A DNA stretch of 64,000 nucleotides from Lepidodermella squamata (lineage: Eukaryota; Animalia; Gastrotricha), in contig JBLDXI010000024.1 of assembly GCA_047495785.1 (NCBI GenBank), positions 1,302,001 to 1,366,000 of the forward strand, given 5' to 3'. The notes below the pieces were generated by a model that was not told the DNA's origin, made no database searches, and saw nothing but the letters and a program-made list of their open reading frames with translations. A program made the translations under genes and the position numbers. This document shows, piece by piece, positions 1-13,630 of the stretch; positions within the stretch are counted from its first letter, which is position 1, and each line of letters opens with the position of its first letter.

Positions 1-1
1 A

Positions 2-790
2 CATGGCTGCCATGCGACGGCTTATATGACTCGGGACTTTCGACCTAAAACTTCATCGGTCGAGGGCTTCGCCTGGAAGGAGCATAGCCACGAGCCGCGG
101 CACGAATTTTACGTCGCAAAAGCTTTGAGAAACGAAATCAAGGTATTTTATTTTTTTTTAATTTAAATTCTAAATTTTAAATTTTAAGATATTTTGATCT
201 ATCAAATTTGAATCATTTTTTTTTAATTTTTTTTTTAAATTTCATGATTTTTTTAGATGAAGGCAATAACATCGAGTGATAAGCCTGGATCGATTATGGA
301 AGAAATGATTTCCACAGTTCCACCTGAAGTCAAACATTTATTGAGGGACAAAAGCGCAACTCGCCAGTTGATTCTCAGAACCCGGAAAAGAGCGAGCAAA
401 AATACGAAAAATCGCCAATCGCCGCCGTCAATGGTAGTCAAACCGCTTCCGAAGGTCGACGGGCCTGTTCCTGAGCCGAAACCAGTTACTCCTGCGCCAG
501 CGCCTGTCCAGCGTCAAGAAAATACCGCCAGTAATGATCAAGGAAGATTCGAGGTGAGACTTTAAAAAAATGAAAAATATTTCGAAATTCTTGAAATTTT
601 CTGCGACTTTCAGATGCCGCCTGCTTTGTTTCAACAAGTGACGATAATAAATGCGGCTGTCGGTGGGGCTGCGCTTCCGATTTTCGACCAGCTCATGCCT
701 GGTGTTGAGGAAGCTTATTATCTTACGATTCTAGACCAAATTCGATCGCGTCGGCCTGACTTGCTCCGTCGATATAACAATTCAAGCTAA
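2..790 (+). CDS. 3' part of a FLYWCH-type zinc finger / MULE transposase-derived gene (5' end outside window); exons 2-142, 257-553, 614-790
   Basis: Spliced frame reads HGCHATAY...KEHSHEP...KALRNEIK|MKAITSSDKPGSIMEEMISTVPPEVKHLL...RQLILRTRKR...DQGRFE|MPPALFQQVTIINAAVGGAALPIFDQLMPG...Y* with two phase-0 GT-AG introns. C..HxH plus the following helical block resemble FLYWCH/MULE N-termini; the last exon resembles the MULE DGTF...F.QL.TI.....P..Y.LL segment. Confidence 0.65.
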
Positions 791-1074
791 CCAGAAAAAA
801 ATGTATTTGTATCGTGGAAAAATCTGAAGTAAAACGTTTTCGTGCCTCGTGCTTATTGAGACCTATTTTGTCTAAAAATAACGTTGTATTTTGTTTTTAA
901 TTTTGGAATTTTCCAGAAAAATTGAGTGTGCAATGAGGACCAAATTAATATAAAGGGTTCCAGCTTCCAGCGCTAAATTCTCCTAAAATCTGAGTATTTT
1001 TTAGTTTATAGTCTATCCTAGAATCCCAGCTTTTTCTTAATTCAAGTATTAATATGCGAGTTATTCTTCAGCCT

Positions 1075-1210
1075 GTCAATCCGATATCGATTTCAAATAT
1101 CGATTTTACAAATCAATGATTTTTCCGTTATCGGAAGTCTTTGAAGCCGTTATGAAATTGTTTAGCTGAAGGTACCAGGTTGCTAAAATAAAAAATCACT
1201 CGGTCATGCA
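1075..1210 (+). repeat. Dispersed repeat family, copy 1 of 3
   Basis: gatatcgatttcaaatatcgattttacaaatcaatgattttt... matches ~30880-31035 (reverse strand) and ~40915-41050 (forward). Confidence 0.6.
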
Positions 1211-2833
1211 TCGATGAAAAATAAAGGCCCAAATCGCAAGATTAATACAGACGCTTAAATTTTAGTGATCCAAATGTGTGGACCATTTTACTACGTCTCT
1301 TGCAGAAATAATCACAAAAAGTAACTATTTTTCGAGTTTTAGCTGTGTCGGCTGTAATTTCTCTTACATGTGAAGTTGATGTAGGAACAGAAAAGTCAAA
1401 TGATTGCTCTTCCGCCCGGTAAATTCTTATCGATTATAATTTCACGCCTCAAATCGAACGGCGGCGTTTTTTTCAACTCTAGCCTATAAAAGCGGCCAAT
1501 CTTCATCAAGTGCAAGAGGAAATAGCCGCTTTTTCGCCCTCGTTGCTCAAATCGTAAAAATCATCGCTCAGAGCAGCATAGCACATCGGGCGAAAAAAAG
1601 TGGGGCCATTTTTCTTCATAATACACTTACTTATCGCGCGCTTTTTTATGCCCTGTCCAACAAGCAGTCAGTTCCAGGTGGAGAAGTTTTATTTATACCT
1701 AGCAGCTATTCATCTTGAAGGAAAAAAACCGCAAAAAATCGTGCATTTTATGCATAACGATTATTATGATTTTGCGCGATATAGCATCAACAAAATTATC
1801 GCACCAATGTTACAAATCTTGTTATACTTCATAGATTAGCGCAATTTGTGGCAAACATCCTGATGGCATTGCGACTTGGAATTTTCGAGTCATATCGTCG
1901 TTTTATTGAGTGTATTTTCGCGATTTTTTCGGCATGAACTCATTAGGGCTAAGATTTTTTTTCACGCCCAGACGATTGAATTATCTGTTCAAAAGTGCCG
2001 GCTCAGTTCAATGTGACCTATCATTAAATGTCTGTATTATTTTAACTGTAATTCCTCGACGCCATAGCCGGCGCCTTTTATCCTCGTTAACTCGCCAGTA
2101 TAGCTTATTAGCATTGCGATTATAGGCGGGTAAAAAAACCTACTACTTCACGCGCATTTTCGCAGTACAAACTCGTTGTGAAGAAGAGCAGACGCGCGTT
2201 CGATGTTCTTCATCAATCAGCCAGATTGCGCTGGAAATTGGAAAAAATATTGTCTAGACCGGTTATTTTTCCAGTTATCCATACTTGGGATTTTCCGCAA
2301 ATTTTAACTTTCAGGCTAATTTCGGTTATTTAAAAAAAGCCCCGTGGATTATCTTATTTAACAAAAAAGCAGTCCTAATCAATTATCCAAGCTTAAATAT
2401 TATAGAAAATCGCTGGCGGCGCCGAAAAAAGTCGGATTTATGATTGTTTATTTTTAGCTTTAAGGTGACAAGTAATTGATGAGATTTGCGCGCTTATATT
2501 ATTATATGAATGAAAGGCTAAAAACAAATATTTTCTACTTGTCATCTGTCACCTTCGAAGTGAAACCTGATTTTTTTTCCGCGCTGCGGTATGTATTCCT
2601 CTTATATCAAGCGTTACGGGCGGTTGAATTCATTAGTTGTGTACTGGATTTGGTAGAAAAAAACATTGCGTCCGATTTATTTTCATTTGGTTCCGTATAC
2701 AAATGGTATAGCCATTCAGGATTGTTTTGTTCATGTACCAAAAATTAGCTTCTCTTTATGAAACTTTTGTTTAAGTATGTGTTTTCCAATTTCAGACAAA
2801 CATTTTCAGCAATACGTTTTTAATTTCGAAGCG

Positions 2834-5248
2834 ATGGTTCTCGAGAGCCCGTTTTGGGCTATGGCTTTCCTCAGTTGCGCCTTATTTCTCGGCGTATATG
2901 GCCAAATCCCAAACAGTAAATTCTATAAAGGTTATTCTAAATTATTCTATTTCTGATTATTACCAGAAATTGTTACCGAGCTGGAAATAATGGAATTTGA
3001 CCCCGCTCTCGGCGAGAAGGTTCATTTCGCTGCTCGTTAAAATTCGCTAATTTTGATAATTTTTCAGCTCAACACAGCTTATTGGCAAAAGCAGAGCATG
3101 AACACGTTGCGAAACCGGTTGGAAGCCCTTAAGAAGTCTGGATTTCCGTCCGCAAATCGACCGAAGCGAGCCAAAAATATAATCCTATTTGTGGGGGATG
3201 GGCTCGGAGTTAGTGGCGTGACTGCGACTCGAAAATTCAAGGAAACCTACAGCAAATTGCCTTTCTACGAAAATAAACTCATATGGGATTCATTTCCATT
3301 TTCCGGATTCTCAAAAGTATTTTCCAGATTTTTCCCAAAATTCGAAAAATAATTTCCTATTTGTTATAGACGTATGAGCTGGACAATGTTATTGCTGGTA
3401 ATTTGGCTATAAAATCATCCCTAAAATTTAAAATAATTATTTAACATTTTACAGATAGCGCTGGAACAGCAACTGCTTATTTAGGAGGAGTCAAAACTCG
3501 AATGGGATTTATTGGAGTGGACGGAAGCGCCGATATGACTTGTGGTAAAGTTCATAAAAAAAATTGAATTAAAAAATTACCTAATATGTTGAAGCATCGA
3601 AAAAGGGCTACTTGGAATCGATCGCTTCATGGGCTGATAGAGCAGGGAAAGCTAGCGGCCTGGTCACGACTACAACAATCACTCATGCATCACCCTCACC
3701 TCTTTACGCTCACCTTCCAGCTCCATTGCGCCCATTTGAGTACAGCGCAGATAAGGTGAGAACTAGTCCCAATAAATATTTTATTATTAGCGGGTTTTTT
3801 CTTACGAAATAGTTTCAATTTCCCAAAACCCACCCGGCGTGTGAAGATATTGCAAAGCAATTCGTTAAAAATGGCCAGCATTTGAAAGGTTTGAAGTAAT
3901 AATTCATGTTGGATTCATTTTTAAATCGAAATTTTTCCTCAGTCGCATTTGGAGGTGGCCGGGCTTACTTTCACCCGACCTCAGAGACTGTTCAACCTGA
4001 TGGGAAACCCGGACTTCGCAATGACGGCCGTAATTTGATTAAGGTAAAATCGGCTTTCAAATTTTTCAGAAAGTTCCTATTCCTTGAATTTTTATAGGAA
4101 TGGGCTGAGGATAGATCTAAGGGTGGCACTCGCCGTACCAAATACATGACAACGCGCGAAGATTTGAAAAATCTCGACTCTAAATCGGCCGATTATTTTC
4201 TCGGCCTTTTCCACTACGACCACATGACTTTCATGGACGACAATCCGCCGGCTCATGAGCCATCTCTTAGCGAAATGACGGCTGGAGCAATTAAAATCCT
4301 CAAGGAAAATGAAAATGGCTTTTTCCTATTTGTCGAAGGTATTTTTCAGAATTTCTCAAAAATTAAAATAAATTGCTATATTTCAGGAGGACGAATTGAT
4401 CACGGCCACCACAATGGCGTTGCCCGGTAACATTTTAACAAAAATCACTAATTTTTCAATTTTTTTTAATTACAAGATACGCTCTGGTTGAAGGCATTGA
4501 ATTTGACAAATCTATCCAAACTGCATTGGACATGACTGACCCTAGTGAAACCCTTATTATTGTAACAGCCGACCATTCACACACCTTATCAATGGGCGGC
4601 TACCTGCCCCACAATAGCAGCATTTTAGGTAAGATTTTTCAATTTTTTATTCATTTTTTAGCGCAGCTCGGATTTTTCAGGTCTCAGTGTCAGCCTTGGT
4701 CTTGATCGGAAGACCTTTACCTCCCTCATGTATGCAAATGGCCCCGGTGCTAATCTAACCGGGCCTGAGGGGCCTTACACGGGTTCCCGACGAAATGATA
4801 CGTTGGAAAGGGTCATGGAACGAGGCTTCAAACAGCAAGCCATTGGTATAATTCTAAAAATTCCTGATTTTATTCTTCGAATTTTGTTTCACCCAGTTCC
4901 GTTGAGAATGGAAGGCCATGGTGGTGAGGATGTCCCAGTTTATGCCCACGGCATTTACTCGGAACTTTTCTCCGGTGTTTTCGAACAAAACTACATTCCG
5001 TAAATTTTTATTTCATTTATTAATTAATTTTAAGGAAACTTGGTTTTTTATTATTAAGGTGGGCAATGGCCTGTGCCGCCGGCATTCACTACGGCCCAAC
5101 TGGTACGATTGTGCCTGAAATGGAAGAGCTATGCCCGAGACCGTTTTTCGGCGCTCCCTACGGTATCAACAGCGCTTCCAGTCCGAATCTCGCGGCGACC
5201 AGTATTGCCGCCGTTATTTTTATATCCACCTTGACGGTGTTTCTATAA
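2834..5248 (+). CDS. Alkaline phosphatase, secreted/GPI-anchored, about 14 exons
   Basis: Signal peptide MVLESPFWAMAFLSCALFLGVYG; motifs NIILFVGDGLG, DSAGTATAY, THASP, FVEGGRIDHGHH, TADHSH, HGGEDVPVYA; hydrophobic C-terminus NSASSPNLAATSIAAVIFISTLTVFL; ~50 nt GT-AG introns. Confidence 0.93.
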
Positions 5249-6340
5249 AGCATAAAACCAACACAACTCATTGCGATTGAAAAAATCGGCAGAAATTATG
5301 AAAAAAATGACCTGATTATCTCGTTTTAGCTCATACCCGGTTTATTTTTGAAACTAGTCATTTTTTGTTACCCTTTATTATCCGTGAAAACACTGCCAGT
5401 AATTTTAGAGAAATTGTTTGTTATCCTGATTTCGAAATAAAAAAAAATAATGCCACAGTGGCCTATTTTAGGGGAGTAATTTGCGCGTGACCTAGCGGGT
5501 GAACTGTTGCTCAGTTCCGGTTAGCGAGGGTAAAATTAAGGTTACTCGCGGTGGCTGTATTTACCCAGCAGGACAGTCAATCCACTCACACCCGAGTGAG
5601 CTCGCGCGCGCGCGCAGTAAATACTCCAGGGTGACACAAAAATCTCGCCTTTTGTTGCCGACGAGTTGAAACAACAAGCTGCTCGCGAGGCGGAGATGGT
5701 TGAAATCAAACCAAATATACTATACCTACGCTCAGCCAAGGTTAATCGAGTACACAACGGCTATTACTATAATATTTTTAAGGTGGCTGTTATAATAATC
5801 ACAACACGCGATGATAATGAGAAAATGGCGACGTGGAAATCTCAAGAAGAATCGACTACTGCCGCGTATAATGTATGATGGAATGCTATAGCAGCGTCAT
5901 CATCAGCAGCGCCACCAGCAGCTGCCGCTAACAGTAGAATATCACCGACCCAAAACACACACACACACTCACAGGTAATATGGCAAAATATGTGCGCGCA
6001 CAGCCTGGTTTTGTTCTGTGCGCTGTTCGGTAAACATTATTGAGGCGAATTTCGTAACGGCGAACAGTTATACACGTAGCATGGCACATCGTGGTCGAGG
6101 TTCGCACGTTAAAGACAACACAACACAAGAAACACATGGCCTTGATAATATAATATCGCCCAATGAATTCTTATTGCAATTTTGTATTTCTCGTAGCGCT
6201 ACCTTAAAATTTAGGACAATTTTTCTCTATTTTTTACAATTTAAAGTGTGACATCTCTTTCGCATGTGTGACCTTGTTTTTGATGTCTCTATATAGAATT
6301 TAATTTATTTTTGAATATTATTGCTATGCTGAGCGAATGA

Positions 6341-8083
6341 ATGAGAAATTGTGTCCTCACTTCGCCGACGCGTCGATTAATTGAAGACGGCGACGAGATT
6401 GAGCCGCTGATCGACGAAGAAATCGGCGCCAATAATAAAATGACTGTCGTCAAGTACTACCTTATTCTAGCGCCTCTTCAACGCCTCCGCCAACCGCTGT
6501 TCATCGGCCTTCTCGCGTGCCTGGCTATTACCGCGCTTATCATCATGCTAGTCCAGGCTCATCTCTTCTCTCGGCCCAATTCTGCTCTTGTCATTCAAAG
6601 GAATCGGCATAGAAATATAAAAATTAATCTGGATCAAGGCGGCGATGTCGAGTTGGAACAGATTGAAATCGACGACAACGACCCGAATGGCGGGATTATC
6701 GAAATTCAAGCGCTTGAAAATAGGAAAATTTCATCAGAAAATGACATCGGAAAATTGCGAGTCGAAGAAGTTGGGAAAGAAGAGAAAACACCTCCTGGGA
6801 AGGAAAAATTCCATAAAAACTTCAAATTTGTAAGTTTTCACGTAGAAGTACGGTGACAAAACAGCAAATGCGACAAATCAGCAAACTTTTTATTTCGCGA
6901 CAAAACAGCAAAAACTTACTATTTGAATTTTCTGCTGTTATGCCGCATGTTGGAAAATTTGCTGTTATGTCGCGTTTGCTGTTTGGGTATTTGCTGTTAT
7001 GACGGTCTGCCTTAAATTTAATATCACAATTTATCAACGATTTTTTTGCAGAATGAGCGCAGAATGGAGAAAACTTTTTCCGACCGGCAGGACCAGGCGA
7101 CTCGAACTTGCTTGAAGTACTACAACTACGGGCCTAATATTTCGTTCATTCCTTACCGCGAAGTATCTTACCGATTCATCTACGTCGACGACGTCCACAA
7201 AATTTTATACTGCGCCGTGCCAAAAGTGGCGTCGACAAACTGGAAACGGCTATTCATGCTGTTAGGATCGCATGAGAATAAAAGTGCGGTTGTTAATACG
7301 GATATGAAGGAGGTGCATGAGGGCAATGCGACGTGGCCTTACATCAAGCCGCTGAAATCATACACACCGGTCGAAGTTGCGCAACGCATTCAGAATTATA
7401 CCAAGGTCATGTGGGTTCGAAACCCGCTTCACCGCCTCGTTTCAGCTTGGCGATCGAAATTCACCAAAAATAACACGTTTTACAACGAGGTAAGGATTAA
7501 TTGAATTTTCTATTTTTTATTTGACATTTTTTTGGGAATAGGTTTATGGATCTTATATAATAAAGAAATATCGACCGAAAGCGACCGAGGCAGAGATAAA
7601 AGCTGGCTATCCTGTCTCATTGAAGGAGTTTTTCCTGTATCTTCGAGACGAAGGGCTGGTTCGAGGCGATGTCCACTGGGGACATTACCACACCCACTGT
7701 TTAAGCTGCATAATTCCGTAAGCTCTTATTGAAAAGTTGAATTATTTTAGAATCAAATTATATAAAATTAGCTATAAATGATAGTTAAAAAAATTAAGGT
7801 GGATTTTTCTTAATTTTCTCAATTTTTTAAATTTAGCTACGATTACATTGGAAAATTGGAGGACATGGCGTATGAAGCGACTTATGTGTTGCAAAAAGTG
7901 ACGGGCGACTACGGCTTTCGATTTCCGTTATCAAGCGAGCGGAAATCAGCGCCATCGATGCAAGACAGCGACTACATGGCTGCGATAAAAGAACTTCCAC
8001 TCGACCTACTGCAATACGTCTCGCTCGAGTTCAAAATCGACTATGAAATGTTCGGCTACCCGATGCCAAAGTTTTTCGACTGA
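6341..8083 (+). CDS. Carbohydrate sulfotransferase (Sulfotransfer_2, CHST8-14-like), 4 exons
   Basis: Type II TM anchor; 5'-PSB YCAVPKVASTNWK; 3'-PB VRNPLHRLVSAW; DVHW...C..C..YDYIGKLE; DYEMFGY. Confidence 0.9.
6850..7007. repeat. Small foldback/MITE-like element in CHST intron 1
   Basis: Three acagcaaa-like units on the left mirrored by four to five tttgctgtt-like units on the right; this intron is about 4x the usual length. Confidence 0.5.
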
Positions 8084-8829
8084 AATTCAGTGCATTTAGA
8101 AGCTTTCTCGTGAAAATATTTCAGTATTCCAAAGGAGATTTGAATATAGTGTAAATTATTCTTGGTTTTTCAAGAAAAATTATGATGTGCAATGTTATTA
8201 TACCTAAAGGCTATGTTTTGACTGGAGCGTCAATAAAAGCTCACAAGATAACTTGAGTTATTATTCAATTTTTTATCGGAATTGAAAAATATCGGAAATC
8301 TTTTGATGAATTCGACTGAGGAGCGATATGATGGAGAATTTTCATTGCAGGTTAAAATGACTTCTTTTTGAGCCAACCGGATCGGTCATCGCTTTAGCCT
8401 AGATTTGATGAATCTAGGATCCGAGCTAATTCCCTGAAAATGACCCACGATGACCTATAGGAAAATTATGTACGAAAATTATCCATGCATACTCACTGAT
8501 CCATTTTCTCTTGGATAGTTAGGCACCATTATCGATTTATTTGCATTATTATTGATCCGGCTGCTTACTTTTAAACCAGAAATATTTGTGGCCAATTTTT
8601 CTCAATATTTTGTGATCATAATCATGAATTTTTAATATCTGATTGAGCAAACATATCTTTCTTAGTAAGCCGGATTAATTATGATGCAAATAAATCGATA
8701 ACACGACAATAAACTCTCCGCAAGAAACAATGCGCAGGAATATCGGAAAATTATGAAGGCTTTGTTCAGTTATATAACTAGCCTTTAAATTAAAAAGCTC
8801 ACCCATTGGGAAGCTTTGATTTTTAAACA

Positions 8830-10116
8830 ATGGTCTTGAATTCGGTCATAATTGATCTACACAACAGGCGCGCCTTCTACGCTGGCGAAGTCATCAATGG
8901 CACTTGCCTAGTAACAGCAGGTAGGGAGGCCGAGTCGGTTCCATTTATCAAAATTAAAGTTCAAGGCCTCGCGAAAGCTCGATGGAAAAGACGAGATTTC
9001 CATCATGCCGATGTTCGGAAGATTTTCTCGACAGAGTTTGACATACCGATACCGGGAGGTATCGTACCACCTGCTGGTCAATACAGCTTTCCCTTTTCTT
9101 TTCAAACTCCTAACAAGTATGTCTAGACAGTAACAACTTTATGTTAGATTTTGAGCCAACTCATGTATTAGTTTACCAAGCTCTTTTGAAACTTTGAATG
9201 GGACCGATACCGCTTACATGAGGTATTGGATTCAGGCGCTCTTTCCGCTTGAACGGTCTATGCAATTATTGTCTCCTGTGGCGAGTTCGGCTTTATTCAT
9301 GCTTGTACAAACAATTGATCCAAATATTCCACAATTTAATGTAAGCATAAAAAACGCTTGTATTTCAAGCCAGAGAGTATACCTTTCTATGTTCAGTTTC
9401 CTGTACGTGGGGATGACTCAAAAGAGATCGACTGCAGTATGTGCGGTCAGGCCCAACGTTCTGTCATCGTGGCTCAGTTCGATCGAGCTGCCTATTGCCC
9501 GTTAGAGATCGCTCTCGTAACAGCGACAATTGACAACCGCTCATCCCGCCGATTGATGCCTTACTTGAACCTTGTTCAACGCGCATATATTGGGAACGAT
9601 TTGCCCTGTAAGGAGCGGAAGTGGCGTCTTCAACCTGTGCTGGATCAATCGGGTGGCAACCCGTTCGGTGAAATGTTGGGACCGAATGAAAAATTAGAAC
9701 TGGTGAAACGAGGCTTCATCATTCCTAATGTACCACCTTCGATTTCGATTCCAGGGCTATTAAACGTTTCCTATCACATCGAAATATACCTTGAAATTGG
9801 AATGTCAGTATTGGATCTTAAAGTCTATCTGCCCATTATTATTGCGAGCATCCCATATCGTGGCAACGACCAGCTAATGGCTAGAGTGAATCAACCTACT
9901 GCGACAATCATGACCACCTTCAACAGCGCAACCCCATGGACTGGAGCTGGCAATTCACTATGTCAAGGTATGCCACCACCACCGCCGTCATTCGAATTAG
10001 GAACTTTGGCTGCTAGACCTTCAGGTCCACCTCCGCCTAGTTTCGAAGCTTTGTTTAGAGAGGTGAAACTATGTTATCCCGAGGACGATCATCTTCAGTC
10101 CGTTAGCACTAGATAA
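8830..10116 (+). CDS. Alpha-arrestin (arrestin domain-containing protein) copy 1, A-type, 3 exons
   Basis: FYAGEVING...G.AKARW...GQYSFPFSFQTP|LPSSFE...RYWI arrestin-N fold; DRAAYCP.E...IDNRSSR...IPNVPPSI...SYHIEI...LPIIIASIPY arrestin-C fold; proline-rich tail. Confidence 0.9.
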
Positions 10117-10465
10117 TGTGAAAGAAGCGTCAATAAAAGCATGCTAGAAGCATTAATTTTTAATGAGTAGATTCGAATTATTCAAAACAGATTGTTTGCT
10201 TGGTGACAATATCGATTTTTCTGGTAAAAGTCCAATAGCATAGACGTAAAAAATAGTAGTGCAGCATCAGTGCCCATGTGTAGACCTGGGATGCACCAAG
10301 CAGCAACATTCAACTATTGACCATCTATTCATCTTTTGATATCGCTGTCTTGGAGCATCATATATAAGGCGTCTGAAAACATCAATAAAATATTCTTTGA
10401 GTTGTGTAAGATTGGTGGTCTCTTTGACTTCAACACTCAGACCAGGATTAACACATGCCATAATC

Positions 10466-12723
10466 ATGGGTTTGGATTCATTAGCTATTGCTCTGACTGA
10501 TAAGAATGTTTTCTACGCCGGAGAGGTCATCAACGGTTTCTGTATGGCGATGGCCAGTGGTAGCCCTCAGTCTATACCAATCATCAAAATCAGAATTCAA
10601 GGCGTGGCCAAAGTTCACTGGACTGAACAGCACACGCATGGGAGTGGCGATCACAGTCACACCGAAACAGTCCATTACATTCAAGTTAGAAATATCATGA
10701 TGGCGGAGTTCGACATTCTAGTTCCTGGGGGTATGGTACCACCTGGTCAACACAGTTTCCCTTTCTCATTTTTGACTCCACCAAAGTAAGCCGATTTTCC
10801 AAGTGTTTTAATCAAATAAAAACTCGGGATTTTAGTTTGCCAAGCTCATTCGAAGGCGCGCATGTCTATGTTCGGTATTGGATTCAAGCATTCGTTCCAC
10901 AAGGCTGGTTTCAGTCGATTTTCTCCCCTAAGGCTACATCAGTCTCATTCATGATGGTGCAGCCAATCGATCCTAACATTCCTCAGTACAATGTGAGTGA
11001 TATCTGCTTTGAAGTTCGAATTTTAAGGAGGACTGCAAGGGTGACACTTTGAAAAGCTCTCAACATCAATTTCTGTTATATATTCGTTAGCGTTACGGTA
11101 TAACTCTCCATTTGACGGTAATTCCATCTCGCCATTGTTATCTAGTTGCGGTAAACAATTTACCGTAAACGGCACTACCTCGACTCTGAAGCATACAAAT
11201 ACTCGCGCGCGGTAAAATTAATATTTCTGCGGTAAATTCAGCTCATATTGTGGAGGAATAGAAATAATGGAGTCGGAACTGCGCGCGAGTCTTGGCTCGC
11301 GTTCTTACAATAGAGCGTGTTACGCAACCCATAATCTGTTGAAAATACAAGGAGAATAACGTGAGGATAAACAACACGTTTGCACGAAGTATAAAGCTTC
11401 GTTGCATTTCAACGAAACTTTTATGGGCAGAGCGAAATTACATCGCGGGATGGGCGACAGAATAGCCTAAAATAGAAAAATGCATGAATAAAGTGCGTTA
11501 AGCTTTTTTGCATCTCTGCATCTCTGTCAAGCCAGTCGCGTGCCGGAAAAACTAAGCGCCAGTTTTTTACGTCCATCAAAGCGTTGCGCCCTTCATCTCT
11601 ATGTTTGGCACGTTGTTCTGTCGTCCACCGAGTCTTGGCTCGCGTTCTTACAATAGAATTGCCTGTTGGTTTAGGGTGTTATAAAATGACGCGTTACCAT
11701 GGTGATGCGCGCGGGATTCCTCCATGGCTCATTAGCAGCATGCTTCTTCACAAAAGACAAAAGCTTACGTTAAATAGTAACTGCCGCAATTGCTTCTACG
11801 GTAAAAGTAACGCCGCGTGCGGTAAAAATTTACAAACGCGGCGGCGTTCGTTATACCGAGCTGATGAAGTAAATGAAACCGTCAAATGGAGAGTTATACC
11901 GAAACGCTAGCGCGGATTATAGACGCACTTTGTAAGCTCACCCGTGACCGGTGCCTAATCTTATTTTCCGAAATGAAACATAGCTCATTCATTTCTTTAT
12001 ATTAACTTTCCATAGTTTCGTGTTCGTGGAGCTGACATGAAGGAGATTTGCTGTTGCTGCTGTGCTCAGGGCCCTCTTGTCGTCGAAGCCCAAACTGATC
12101 GAGCTGCATTCTGCCCGTCAGAAAGTGTTTTCATAACTGCTTCATTCGACAACCATTCATCACGCAATGTGAGGCCGTACATCCGCCTTGTTCAACGTGC
12201 CTATTTGTGGGCTCGGGGAAGTCATCACGTCGACACGCGAAGCTGGCCTCTCTTGACAGATCAGTCGCAAGAAAACCCGTTCATTGCACTTGGGGAGAAT
12301 CAGAAGTTTCAATGGGCGAATCGGCCATTCCTCATACCAAACGTGGCACCTTCAATATCGATTCCCGGGCTTCTTAACGTGACTTACCACATCGAGGTGG
12401 GCCTCGACATTCCAATGGCGTTCGACCTAAAGGTATATCTACCGATTGTCATTGCAACGATACCATATCGCGGTGGCGGGCAGAGAACGGTTAGGGTGAC
12501 TCAACCTGATGCAAGCATCATGACGACATTCAACAGTGCTACGCCGTGGACTGGAGTTGGGCATTCGCAGTCGCAGGGCCCACCGCCTTTGCAGCCGCCT
12601 GTTGAATTTGGCAATGAAGCTGCAAGACCAACATCTCCCCCACCGTCCTATTTCGAAACTGTGTTCAAGGAGTCGCAACCGGTTATTTCATCAGATGACC
12701 ATTTCGGGCAGGTGCAAGTGTGA
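10466..12723 (+). CDS. Alpha-arrestin copy 2, B-type, 3 exons, with enlarged intron 2
   Basis: Same arrestin N and C motifs; CCCCC before QGP; C-terminal PPPSY; intron 2 (~1 kb) carries a TIR element. Confidence 0.9.
11090..11907. mobile_element. Non-autonomous TIR DNA transposon with TA target-site duplication
   Basis: gcgttacggtataactctccatttgacggt ... accgtcaaatggagagttataccgaaacgc (30 bp TIR, 1 mismatch), flanked by TA on both sides; no transposase ORF. Confidence 0.85.
11327..11629 (+). repeat. ~300 bp repeat, copy 1, bracketed by a 29 bp direct repeat
   Basis: Near-identical to 14577-14863; cgagtcttggctcgcgttcttacaataga occurs at 11286-11314 and 11629-11657. Confidence 0.85.
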
Positions 12724-13099
12724 AATGCCTCTTCGCAGTGTAAAAGCTTGTAAGCATATGCTTATTTGAATAAAACTAAATTTGCGCATTTAACATGTAC
12801 AAAATCCTGAGAAAATACTCAATAATTTCGAAAGAAATCGGAGTAAAGGTCAAAGTTGCCTGTCCAAAACGGGGACATTAGTGGAAAGAGGAATCTTTCA
12901 AAATTCTGCCAAATTCTGATGTATTCTTATACATATAACAAAGCCGCCCTGTGCAGTTGAATTAACTTCTGTACTGAAAAATTCGTGGTAGCACGCGATT
13001 TTGCAACGCGAGCGGAGAATGTCCGGTTTTTCAGCAAACAACCTGCGTAGCTATTGACATATGCTGCTACTTGACCATGAGTAATCATATATAATATAG

Positions 13100-13322
13100 C
13101 ATCTTAGGCCAGATTTTGCGGAGTCAAAGTCCAACTACGTGTTGCTCTGATGCTCGATATGATAGCATCAATGGGATCAATGGGGCTTGGCAGCACGCGA
13201 TTCTATCAATTGATTAATATAGTGTGAAAAAAATCACACCCACCAACCCGACCAGCCCCACTATCGCGACCGACCCAGCAACAAGTAGTTGGACTTTGAC
13301 ACTGCATATCGAGACTAAGATG
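13100..13322. mobile_element. Degenerate MITE
   Basis: ~47 bp imperfect inverted repeats catcttag...gtcaaagtccaactacgtgttgct / agcaacaagtagttggactttgac...ctaagatg in TA-rich flanks. Confidence 0.65.
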
Positions 13323-13630
13323 TATAATATATAATCATGTACATTTGAAGACACGATTCGGTGAATGGGAATAGAAGAATTTCCATTAATTTTTATTCGG
13401 TAATCAGACCTGGCATCAGAGTAATAGTTGTGGGGAATGTACGTTTTTTCGCTGGGCTCACACGTACATTCTCCTGCTACTCGTAGGCTAGCATTGTCAT
13501 ATAGTGAATGTCTAGCTAGTATAGGCTTTTCTCGTCAGCAAGCCTTGCAAGAAGGTTAGCAAGTAAATAAAGGTTCAAGCAAAAAGTTGTCTTTTTCAAC
13601 ATTCCACCGTTTGTGATTAGCCACTAATCC

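Noticed and set aside
11584-11910. 108 aa ORF in arrestin 2 intron as a nested gene or transposase
   Set aside because: Lies within a non-autonomous element, no transposase motifs.
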